This document shows, piece by piece, positions 8,315-16,452 of a stretch of 27,268 nt of DNA. Source of the stretch: Bdellovibrionota bacterium (GTDB taxonomy: Bacteria > Bdellovibrionota_C > UBA2361 > OMII01). The DNA lies in assembly GCA_044356215.1 (NCBI GenBank), contig JBIKWQ010000047.1, positions 1-27,268 of the forward strand, given 5' to 3'. The notes beneath the pieces were generated by a model. It did no database searches, was not told the DNA's origin, and worked only from the letters and a program-made list of their open reading frames with translations. Position numbers and translations under genes: made by a program. How positions within the stretch are numbered: the stretch's first letter is position 1; each line of letters opens with the position of its first letter.

Positions 8315-11300
8315 CTACTGACAAGTCAGCCCAGGATTTGGGAACTGCTCCATGCTAGTTGAGAGCCTTCTCATATCTGCCTTCGCGGCCTGTTTGAGGC
8401 TCGCTCGGCGTTGTCTGTACTCGGCCCTCGCGCGGTTAGTTCTCATACAGCAGCTATCAAGCACGTCACGCATGTCATTCGCGATCGCGTTACCAGCGGA
8501 CTGAATACCATTCTTAGGAGTGGTAATATCCTCAAGCGCGCAACTCTTGTAACTTGAACAGATCAAAGTCCAAGTTTGTGAGAAGAGATCGTTGTTAACA
8601 GAATTGGCGGCGCCATCGTACAGTGCCTTGGCCTTCTGTCTGAGTGCTCGATCGGCCGCCGCTGATGGGGCGCGGCAGGTGTTGAGACACTTGCTTGATC
8701 CAGGCAAGCACTTATAGCACCCGTTGTCCGCAGCCTTACAGTATCCCGCGCGGGCATACTGCTGACGAAGCGCGAGAGCCTTATCGAGCCCCTCTCGTAT
8801 ACGAAGGAGTCTAGCCTTCATTCCGTCAAGCGACTCGCTTAAGTCAGACACTGTGCATTCTGGATTAGTGCTGGCTGTCTCAAGACGTACCTCTCCGCAG
8901 CGAATGTCCACATAGCTCTCTGTGCTAGCCGAGGTTGTGGCAGTGGTCGCGTAGCTCGCTAACTCAGCAGAGTTGGGGATCGTTACTGAAGCGGCCTTGA
9001 GGGAGCTAAGCACTGGCACCTTGTAAGACACTACGTATGACTCACCAACATTTAGCCTTGGCTCATTTGATGTGTTGCGAACAGAGATAGTGATTACCTG
9101 CGCCGCCTGCGAGAAGGAGAATCCCGCTACTCCAGTAACACTCGCGCCATTTAGTGTGGCGGATGTTAACGAGGAGGTTCCTGTTCCCTTAACCAGAGTG
9201 TCAGTAATGTTTGACACCTGGAATGCTGGGTAGTTACCAACGTTTGTGAGTGTAAGGGTGTAGGCGATCTCCGCTCCTGGGAACACCGGCCCAACTGTAG
9301 TTGTGCTCTTGGTTAAGGTTATGCGGGGTCTCGCTTGGAATACCACGTTATTGGCGTCCGAGTTTGTGACAACTATAGTCTGCTCACTGATGAGATCTCC
9401 AAATGGAGATACGGCCCTAGCTGTATAGGTTCCATCTGGGACACCGGAGAGCGTAAATACTCCGTTAGAGTCAGTCGTTCCAGTAAACGAAGTTCCTACC
9501 AGAGAAACCGTTGTTCCGCTCACTCCGTTTTGCTGACCTGATCCGGCTGTCTCCTTCGAGAAGATTACCCGTCCAGATATATTGTTACTATCAACAGCGA
9601 TTGTGGCGCTGGCGGGAGTAACGTTTGTCAGGGTCTCGCGTGGGCCATTATCGATCGCTCCTGTGGCATAGCTCGCCACAGTCGCCGTGTTAACTAGCGA
9701 AGAAGTCGAGCCGCTGACAGAAGATGTTAATGGTGCATTGTATCTAACAACGTACACATCACCAGCAGCAAGTCGTGCTTGGCCACTTGAGTTGCGAACA
9801 GTGATCGTCAACTGTTGACCACTCTGAGTAAAGCTAAAGCCAGAGGCGCCTGTTACGCTGGTTCCATTTAAAGTAGCACTGACTAAGCTAGCGCTTCCTA
9901 ATCCAGGAGGCAGGGTGTCGACTATGCTAGCCACATCATACGCTGTCGCTGTTCCAGAGTTCGTTAATGTCACTTGATACTCAGCGTTTTGACCAAACCT
10001 AAGTGGCGGAGTCGACAACGATGTCTTAGCCAAAGTTAGGGTTGGACGAACAACCGTAAAATTAGCGGTTGCTGTTAACGAGGTCTTGTTAGCGGACGTC
10101 TCACCGCTGACAGAGGAGTTCTTCGTCACCCACTCAACATCAGCTCGATTTGTATACGCGCCTGGTATCAGGCCAGAGCGTATCGTCGCCTTGTAGCGGA
10201 AGGTAAATGACTGAGCTGTGGCGGCGCTATTTATCAGCGTGCCTAAATTCACCCGGTGAATTGTGGTGCTCGATTGAGTTTGTGTTGTGTTTGGATTCAG
10301 CTCAAAGCAAACGTTTGAGTTACCAACGAAGTTAAAGAGTCCAGCGCAAGCCGGATTTGACTCGATGCTTGGGAAGGTGATCGTCCCCGCGCTAAAGTTC
10401 TCAAAGAAGTTGGTTGAGGTCCCAGCGGTAGCTGTATCTCTCTCGCGGATAGTGAACGACTCGGCGGTTCCAGGAGGAATAGTTATCGTCACATCGAAAT
10501 CAGCGCTCTCTCCCGGGCGGAGGTTGCTTCCTGTTGTGGCGGGGTCAGTTGAGCTGTCCGCGACGAGTGTCTTTGTCAGAGACGGCGAAGCTGCGGTTGT
10601 GCTAGCTGTGTCTGAGATCGGTGAGAATAGAGGTCCACCTGGGGTTGAGGCGTAACGTGATGTAACGGTATTGGTAATAACGCCTCCGAAGGCCGCGGTG
10701 GCGTCGAGGGTCGCGTCATACTGAACAGTGCAGGTCTGTCCCGCTGGAATATCAATCCCCGTCGCGCTAATCGTTGTTCCGCTCGATGTGTCAGTAGGTG
10801 CTGCGCCGGTTGAGCAGTTTGAGAAAGTTAAAGACCCACCAACTCTTGTAAGACCGACTGGAAGTGGATCTGATAGAGTAACGCTGAAAGCGTCATAGTC
10901 ACCGATATTCTCAAGAACGACTTGAAATCTTAGTCGACTTCCAGGAGTAACGTTAGTGAAGTTAGCGGCTCCGCCTGTTCCCGATACGGTTCCGCTTCCG
11001 GACACAACTGAGGCAGCGGCCTTAGTGATGCGGATATCAGGTTGATCCGTTAACAGCGACGCGATAGCTGAAAGCAAATTGATCGCTGTCAGGCTCTGGC
11101 TGCTGTTTTGGCTGAAGTAAGCCACATTCACAAGCAATAGATCGTTAGCTGCCGGATTATTTGTTGCTGTTACTGTAAAAAGAAGCTCGACGAAAGCCGA
11201 GTTGCTGGTCACATCACTCTCCTCGGTGAAGGACAACTTAAGCGCGTTCTCAGCGCCAACAACTGTTATTGTCGGCGCGACGGTGAAGCTAGCGGTAGTT

Positions 11301-13252
11301 AGATGTATATGTCCAGGAGCTGGAGCAGCATCGCTCGCGGTAGCATCGAAGATGAAGTTCGATGGCGTTGTAGCCGTTGGATTTAAAACATCAAATATCG
11401 GTGAAGGTAAGAAGTCCTTTAATACAAAGCCCTCCACATCCCCGGTTGGAATGGTGAAAGCAAGTCTGAATGTGAGGTTGTCTCCTGGGCTTACGTTGAC
11501 CGGGAAAGAAGTTACAGCAACCCCATTCTTAAACGCGACATCTTTCTGCACGTCTGTAATCGGAGTGATGGTGATTGAGGCAGTTGGGCCGTTCACTGCT
11601 AATCGGTTAGCGGTCCCCGCGATTCTGAAATCCGCGGTCATCGTATCGCTGATAACGTCTCCACCATCAACCGTTTGAGTTCCAACGACTGAGCCAGTGA
11701 AGATCTCGTCAATAGTTGACTGGTAGGTGATTACTACCCGGGTTGGGGCGTCTACGCCTAGATCCTCAGCGCCCGTCAGGGTTCCATCAGTTCCGTAACC
11801 ATTGGGTGAAGGAGCGATTAAAGCTGCCGAGAGATCCAGATCAATCAGCCACTCGCCTGTGGTGCCGTTTCTGTTAATTGGCTGTAGCGGTGTTCCTGCC
11901 GCGGCTGATAACTGAGCTTGAGTGCGGGTTACTCCGGTGGCGGAGCCCTCGAAGACAGTGACTTGGAGCGAATTGTTGATATAGGTTTGACCGTCGCTTA
12001 GCGTGTCAGTAATCTGTAGATCATCAAACGAGAAATAGTCTGAGATGTCATAGATCAAGGTGTGGGTAAGGGTATCACCTGGCTTGGCCGTTGAGCCGCC
12101 CGTTGTCGCGTTAGTGATCGACTTGGATGTGTAGAGCGACCTGTGTTCTAAAGTGGCGGAAGCTGGGCCCGATGTTAGGTTTAGGTTGCCTGATCCTGGA
12201 TCGTAGTTATAAGTGGTGCTCGCTGAATTCGTTGACGTCGTTGTCGCTCCAGTAGTAGGTGGGATAATAGGCGCTCCAGATCCACCGGCGAACTCCTGCA
12301 CGTACCCTGTGTAAGTAACCTGCTTATCGAGACCTGGATCTCCGGTAATGCTCGCGTAGGTTACCGTAAGAGTGCCCCCGCCCGCGCTTGTTCCTGTGAA
12401 AGAGCAGGTATCGCCAGCGCCCAAGCTTGGGCTAAATGTAAGGCTTCCTGGATTAGTTTTGCAGTTGCTGCCAGGGAGTGATGTAAAAACGAATGTATTG
12501 GGCAATACATCTGTGATCACGTTTGTAGTCGTGGTGAAGGTGTTCGCCACAGTGACATCTAGGGTAAAGCGTCTTGGATAGCTCGGACCAGTCGCTGTTG
12601 AGCCATCGAAAAGCGCGGCTACGCTCTTTTGAAGTAAGAGAATAGTTGGTGTTACGTTAACAGTTGTGGCGCTGGTACAAAGGGTATCGCCTGTTCCGCA
12701 AGGCCCACGTGTTCCGTTTGGTACTGCTCCCAGAGCAAAAACAGCAGTAGCGTTTACAGGCTCTGGAACACCGAGGGTCGCTGTCGCTAGGACCTTAGCC
12801 GGTATCGAGTAGGTGATCGCTGGCTCGTTCTGAGCGACGCTTCCAACAGGAAGAGAGAAAAAGATAACTGATTGGCCCGCCGTTACAGGGACCTGATTGC
12901 CGGTTACTGGGTTGGTGTAGTTAGTGCTGCCGCCCGCTGGTCCGAAAGCTGTTAAGCTTACCGGAGCACCGCCGAGAGAGGTAATAACTATGCCGTTTCG
13001 GCAGGTGGCGTCACATTCGATCCCTGCTGGGAGCTTTACTTCTAGCATCGGGTAGTAACCAAGGGCGTCACCTGTATTAGTGAACGATACCTCGACGTTG
13101 ATATTAGAGTTTAACAGGGCGTTGGCAGGTGCCTGAATAGTCGCTGTAGGTATCGGAGCGGCGAAAGCTGAATCAGAAGACGCGGCGAATATTAGCGGGA
13201 GAAGGGTAAGGAGAGTTGATTTAACTAGGCGCTTGGTAAAACTAAACAACAT
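8315..13252 (-). CDS. Large secreted surface/adhesin-like protein with DUF11 / isopeptide-forming repeats, a carboxypeptidase-regulatory-like domain and a Cys-rich helical C-terminal domain
   Basis: Signal peptide (KRLVK...SAFA|A). About seven repeats of type xxK...PGD/E.x.Y.x.x.N.G...D.LP...N (e.g. LTKSTTTVGPVFPGAEIAYTLTLTNVG...ITDTL...IPNSA). GTTDSNGVFTLSGVPDGTYT motif; Thr/Ser/Gly-rich. Start set at ATG 13252, 6 nt after GGAG. Confidence 0.88.
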   Translation of the reverse strand: MLFSFTKRLVKSTLLTLLPLIFAASSDSAFAAPIPTATIQAPANALLNSNINVEVSFTNTGDALGYYPMLEVKLPAGIECDATCRNGIVITSLGGAPVSLTAFGPAGGSTNYTNPVTGNQVPVTAGQSVIFFSLPVGSVAQNEPAITYSIPAKVLATATLGVPEPVNATAVFALGAVPNGTRGPCGTGDTLCTSATTVNVTPTILLLQKSVAALFDGSTATGPSYPRRFTLDVTVANTFTTTTNVITDVLPNTFVFTSLPGSNCKTNPGSLTFSPSLGAGDTCSFTGTSAGGGTLTVTYASITGDPGLDKQVTYTGYVQEFAGGSGAPIIPPTTGATTTSTNSASTTYNYDPGSGNLNLTSGPASATLEHRSLYTSKSITNATTGGSTAKPGDTLTHTLIYDISDYFSFDDLQITDTLSDGQTYINNSLQVTVFEGSATGVTRTQAQLSAAAGTPLQPINRNGTTGEWLIDLDLSAALIAPSPNGYGTDGTLTGAEDLGVDAPTRVVITYQSTIDEIFTGSVVGTQTVDGGDVISDTMTADFRIAGTANRLAVNGPTASITITPITDVQKDVAFKNGVAVTSFPVNVSPGDNLTFRLAFTIPTGDVEGFVLKDFLPSPIFDVLNPTATTPSNFIFDATASDAAPAPGHIHLTTASFTVAPTITVVGAENALKLSFTEESDVTSNSAFVELLFTVTATNNPAANDLLLVNVAYFSQNSSQSLTAINLLSAIASLLTDQPDIRITKAAASVVSGSGTVSGTGGAANFTNVTPGSRLRFQVVLENIGDYDAFSVTLSDPLPVGLTRVGGSLTFSNCSTGAAPTDTSSGTTISATGIDIPAGQTCTVQYDATLDATAAFGGVITNTVTSRYASTPGGPLFSPISDTASTTAASPSLTKTLVADSSTDPATTGSNLRPGESADFDVTITIPPGTAESFTIRERDTATAGTSTNFFENFSAGTITFPSIESNPACAGLFNFVGNSNVCFELNPNTTQTQSSTTIHRVNLGTLINSAATAQSFTFRYKATIRSGLIPGAYTNRADVEWVTKNSSVSGETSANKTSLTATANFTVVRPTLTLAKTSLSTPPLRFGQNAEYQVTLTNSGTATAYDVASIVDTLPPGLGSASLVSATLNGTSVTGASGFSFTQSGQQLTITVRNSSGQARLAAGDVYVVRYNAPLTSSVSGSTSSLVNTATVASYATGAIDNGPRETLTNVTPASATIAVDSNNISGRVIFSKETAGSGQQNGVSGTTVSLVGTSFTGTTDSNGVFTLSGVPDGTYTARAVSPFGDLISEQTIVVTNSDANNVVFQARPRITLTKSTTTVGPVFPGAEIAYTLTLTNVGNYPAFQVSNITDTLVKGTGTSSLTSATLNGASVTGVAGFSFSQAAQVITISVRNTSNEPRLNVGESYVVSYKVPVLSSLKAASVTIPNSAELASYATTATTSASTESYVDIRCGEVRLETASTNPECTVSDLSESLDGMKARLLRIREGLDKALALRQQYARAGYCKAADNGCYKCLPGSSKCLNTCRAPSAAADRALRQKAKALYDGAANSVNNDLFSQTWTLICSSYKSCALEDITTPKNGIQSAGNAIANDMRDVLDSCCMRTNRARAEYRQRRASLKQAAKADMRRLSTSMEQFPNPGLTCQ

Positions 13253-13577
13253 ACACATCTCCAATAGACGTTCTCAAGCCAACACTTCCTAGAGATTCTC
13301 CAGAGTGTGACCGCCGTCATTGTGTAGCCTAGAAAGGGGGTTGGGATCAACTTTAGCGGCGAACTCTTTCTTTACTCTAGTTGTTCAGTGATTAGCTGAC
13401 CTAAATAAAGCTGTTATTACAAGTGTTTGCTAGTTAAACGGGAGCCCCGAGGGCGTTGCTTGCTTCGGATAGTAGCGGGTAGGTGCGACTACCGTTTCAA
13501 GGAGCAAGAACCTAGTTTGGGTGGCGGTACATCATACCCTTTGCAAGTTAGGGTTGGGAGTTAATTAGGGAGAAAAG

Positions 13578-14531
13578 ATGCGGAATATACTAAAGGGCAT
13601 GATTCGAGTCGTAGCCACGGTGGCGTTTGTGATGACGGCAGTGGCTGGGAGGGCTTGGGGGGAGGAGATGTTCCTTTTGGACCGAGCGGCGCGCAGTAAG
13701 AAGAAACCGGAAAATGTTACTCTTACATTTAAACAGTCAGATGGCAGGGATGCTGCTTCTCGGGCTGTGATCAAGTTACCCACAAGCGATAAAGTGATGG
13801 AAGCACTCTATTCCGGGGATAATTTGCTGGTTGCCACGGAGACTAAAAGCCGCGGAAAGCATGAGCCTAGAGTATATCAGTTTTTGGTGAATGAAGACGG
13901 ATCTACTAAGCGTGTTGCTAGGCGTCGGCCGAGTGAGGAAGATCTGGCACTGTTTGGGAGAGTCGCTGAATCGCGAAGGCCTAGCCGCCCAGCCACCTGC
14001 AATGGCCCAGGGTGCAGCCCGAATACAGTTCCCAGTGTCCCTGTTGTGGGTCAACCATATTACCCCCCAGTTGTTAACCCTCCCTCAACCGGTGGCAACA
14101 ACATTATGTGCATGACAGCGGGAGATGTTCGTTGTGGTCCGGCGGGGAAACCAGGCGAGCAGTGGTGCTGTCCGAAGGATCCAGGGTGCGGGAGTGCTAA
14201 GGACGTTTGCGGAAGCGGGGGAGGGCAGCCCAAGCCACCGGTTTCGCCGCCGCAGCCTCCAACGGGTGGAGATTGTCCAGGGGCCTATGCAAACGAGAAT
14301 ACAAAGAAGTGCTCGTTTAACTCGACGTTTACGTGCTGCAAACCATCAGAATCATGTAGCACCATAAAAGTTGATGATGGAACAACAATCCCTTTCTGTA
14401 GCACTAGTAGTAATCCGCCGATGGGAGGAGGTCCAGGTGTGGGTGCGCCTCCACTTGCAAATCCTAGCCCAGGATTATGTTATTATGATCCCACAACTGG
14501 ACAGAAAATTTGCCCAAGGAGAGGTTTCTAA
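13578..14531 (+). CDS. Secreted Cys/Pro-rich hypothetical protein
   Basis: GGAG Shine-Dalgarno, signal peptide (..AVAGRAWG), charged N-terminal domain, then 16 Cys in Pro/Gly-rich linkers; followed by a strong hairpin. Confidence 0.75.
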   Translation: MRNILKGMIRVVATVAFVMTAVAGRAWGEEMFLLDRAARSKKKPENVTLTFKQSDGRDAASRAVIKLPTSDKVMEALYSGDNLLVATETKSRGKHEPRVYQFLVNEDGSTKRVARRRPSEEDLALFGRVAESRRPSRPATCNGPGCSPNTVPSVPVVGQPYYPPVVNPPSTGGNNIMCMTAGDVRCGPAGKPGEQWCCPKDPGCGSAKDVCGSGGGQPKPPVSPPQPPTGGDCPGAYANENTKKCSFNSTFTCCKPSESCSTIKVDDGTTIPFCSTSSNPPMGGGPGVGAPPLANPSPGLCYYDPTTGQKICPRRGF

Positions 14532-14538
14532 AAAACAA

Positions 14539-14574
14539 ATCGGCCCCCCAAGCTGTCACGCTTGGGGGGCCGAT
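14539..14574. terminator. Intrinsic terminator hairpin between convergent genes
   Basis: ATCGGCCCCCCAAGC-TGTCAC-GCTTGGGGGGCCGAT is a perfect 15-bp stem. The A-run on its left gives a U-tract on the minus strand. Confidence 0.85.
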
Positions 14575-14606
14575 AAAAGCGCCTCTATGCAGATGCGCTG
14601 CGCTTG

Positions 14607-15182
14607 TTACTTATGACTCTGTATCGAAGTATAAGCCATCAAGCCTAAGCTCTGAGCGCGTTTAATCGCTTTTGATACTTTGCGCTGATTGTAGGCTGTT
14701 AAGCCGGTTAAACGACGTGACAGGATACGACCGCGCTCGCTAACAAACTTTGAGAGCATCGCTACATCTTTGTAGTCGATCGACTTGGTTGGATCCTCAG
14801 TAAAGGGGTCAAGCTTCTTACGACGCTTGAAGAGCTGAGTTCTCTGAATCGATGGGAGTGGCTCGAACTTTCTGCCGCCCTCTTGTCCCTCTGATGAACC
14901 AGTTGATGGTCCAGAATTCTTGCCGCGATCCTCGCACACCTTCATCGGGCGGCCATTTAGTGGGCGGTTGTTTAAGCCCTCGATCGCCTTCTTAGCGTCG
15001 TCCTCGCTCTCCATCTCAACGAAAGCGAAACCCTTTGAGCGCTTCGTCTCACGGTCAGAGGCTACTACTACACTTAATGTTGGCCCAACCTCGTCGAAGA
15101 GGGCGCGGAGCTGATCGCTCGTTACTTCAAAATCGAGATTGCTAATAAAAAGCTTCTTCTTTGATACTGCGCCAGAATTCAT
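14607..15182 (-). CDS. rpsR: 30S ribosomal protein S18 fused to an N-terminal RRM RNA-binding domain (191 aa)
   Basis: RNP2 KLFISNL and RNP1 KGFAFVEM, a Gly/Ser linker, then RRKK...IDYKDVAMLSKFVSERGRILSRRLTG...QRKVSKAIKRAQSLGLMAY (bS18). ATG 15182 is preceded by GGAG; the ORF-track TTG at 15248 is the -35 box. Confidence 0.92.
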   Translation of the reverse strand: MNSGAVSKKKLFISNLDFEVTSDQLRALFDEVGPTLSVVVASDRETKRSKGFAFVEMESEDDAKKAIEGLNNRPLNGRPMKVCEDRGKNSGPSTGSSEGQEGGRKFEPLPSIQRTQLFKRRKKLDPFTEDPTKSIDYKDVAMLSKFVSERGRILSRRLTGLTAYNQRKVSKAIKRAQSLGLMAYTSIQSHK

Positions 15183-15219
15183 GAACACTCCATTTGCGTG
15201 AATATTTTCAAGGCCCGGG

Positions 15220-15248
15220 ATGCTACCTATCACTGGGGAAAATGTCAA
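15220..15248 (-). promoter_or_regulatory. Sigma70 promoter of the RRM-S18 gene
   Basis: TTGACA-N17-TAGCAT on the minus strand. Confidence 0.8.
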
Positions 15249-15296
15249 ACTGGGGAGATTTCCTACCCCCTAACTTAAAGTTACTTAAAAGAACTA

Positions 15297-15325
15297 TTGA
15301 CGCCAGAAACCAACCGATGTATCTT
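15297..15325 (+). promoter_or_regulatory. Sigma70 promoter of the structured RNA
   Basis: TTGACG-N17-TATCTT immediately before the rod structure. Confidence 0.7.
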
Positions 15326-15518
15326 CTGAATCCAGATTTGTGAGCGAGCACAGCCAGTTGCGGCCGTTTGGGATGGGTTGGGGAATCTCTCCTTCTAGGC
15401 GCTGGTGGCAAGTTTGCCGCGGTCTTTAAATATCGTGGAGAGATAGTTAACTCCTCGAAAAGACAGAGTGGAAGACAAGGTTACGCAGCTTGCAAACTCA
15501 ACCAAACACGCGATTCAG
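15326..15518 (+). ncRNA. Probable 6S RNA (SsrS)-like rod-shaped non-coding RNA, about 190 nt
   Basis: Nested pairings CTGAATC/GATTCAG, TTTG/CAAA, TGAG/CTCA, CGAGC/GCTTG and AGCC/GGTT. A central bubble (AGTTGCGGCC opposite AGAGTGGAAGACAA) follows, then GGGTTGG/TTAACTC, ATCTCTCC/GGAGAGAT and an apical GTGGCAA/TTGCCGC. G-U wobbles work only on the plus strand; it has its own promoter. Confidence 0.65.
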
Positions 15519-15530
15519 ACAACAAGTCAG

Positions 15531-15554
15531 TCTCTTGAGCGCCCGTTCAAGAGA
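15531..15554 (+). terminator. Hairpin after the ncRNA (terminator or processing site; no U-tract)
   Basis: TCTCTTGAGC-GCCC-GTTCAAGAGA. Confidence 0.45.
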
Positions 15555-15604
15555 GAATAACCGATTCAATATAACTGTAGAGTAACAGGAGTAATAACGG
15601 AGCT

Positions 15605-15919
15605 ATGAGCAATTCTGCCAATAATTTCTTGCCCGAAGATGAAGTAGAAGCATCCTCCCCAGTTAAGCCTGAAAGAAATCTCCTAGCGGCGGTATTAGCG
15701 CGAGCTATCTGCGACGCTTTCGGAACAGCTCACTGTGAGCGTCACGTGGTGCGCAGCGCGCGTCAGTGGCTCTTCGGTAAGCTTACTCCAAAGCGCCCAT
15801 TTAGCTTTGCTTGGGTGGCGCTGCATCTGGACCTCGATCCGATCTCGCTTCAAGAGAGCCTCCGTAATTACGAGGGTGATCCAGAGGCGTTCCAAGAGCG
15901 TCTCAGCTTGTTACGCTAA
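15605..15919 (+). CDS. Small conserved-type hypothetical protein
   Basis: GGAG upstream. PERNLLAAVLARAICD...ARQWLF...PFSFAWVALHLDLDP resembles an uncharacterised small helical family I recall from delta-proteobacterial lineages and phages (not verified). Confidence 0.75.
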   Translation: MSNSANNFLPEDEVEASSPVKPERNLLAAVLARAICDAFGTAHCERHVVRSARQWLFGKLTPKRPFSFAWVALHLDLDPISLQESLRNYEGDPEAFQERLSLLR

Positions 15920-16117
15920 ATGACACTGTCTCCGTGGCGTAAATGCGTGGTGGCGGCAGCCGCCATCACGCTTGTTGTTGCTTATCAGCTTTATCAAGTC
16001 GCCAGCCTTACCGGAAACTACGAAGGCATGTGGTTTTCACTCGCTCATACCGTGATGGTAGCGGTTGGGGTTGTGTTGGCGTTGAGACGGGTTGGGGGTC
16101 AGGCAGGGGCCTCCTAG
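15920..16117 (+). CDS. Small two-TM membrane protein (putative)
   Basis: ATG directly abuts the upstream TAA; two hydrophobic stretches (CVVAAAAITLVVAY; LAHTVMVAVGVVLAL). Confidence 0.5.
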   Translation: MTLSPWRKCVVAAAAITLVVAYQLYQVASLTGNYEGMWFSLAHTVMVAVGVVLALRRVGGQAGAS

Positions 16118-16452
16118 GCGATAGATTCAAGACCTTTACTCTGCACTAGAGCTAGTAGTTTTAATGATGGACCCGAAGGCTTTTTCTCTCCTCGTTCCCA
16201 TTGACTGATCGATGTAATTGTAACGTTCAGGTAATGCGCAAATACGGATTGACTTACGTTTTCACGCTCCCGAATAGCGCGAATCTCATCGCCTGTAAGA
16301 TCTTTCACGGGAGTTAAACAGGAGTTGTTGAATTCCTGCATTGTGTGTTTGCTGATGACACCGGTCTCTCGTAAGCTCGCTGCAGCTTCGTGAATAGCAG
16401 CGAAGGCGTCACTCCTATAGTGCTTAGCTTCGCTTCCCTTTCTTTTCTTCAT
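16114..16452 (-). CDS. HigA-like XRE/HTH antitoxin
   Basis: YRSDAFAAIHE...TMQEF...C...EIRAIRERENVSQSVFAHYLNV...ISQWERGEKKPSGPSLKLL; overlaps the end of the toxin gene. Confidence 0.92.
   Translation of the reverse strand: MKKRKGSEAKHYRSDAFAAIHEAAASLRETGVISKHTMQEFNNSCLTPVKDLTGDEIRAIRERENVSQSVFAHYLNVTITSISQWERGEKKPSGPSLKLLALVQSKGLESIA

Noticed and set aside
13400..13412. CTAAATAAAGCT shared with the minus strand of repeat R
   Set aside because: A 12-bp AT-rich match with no flanking similarity could be chance.
15183..15248. N-terminal extensions in the ORF track (also 611-670, 13253-13264, 18051-18089)
   Set aside because: They overlap promoter or Shine-Dalgarno elements; downstream ATGs fit better.
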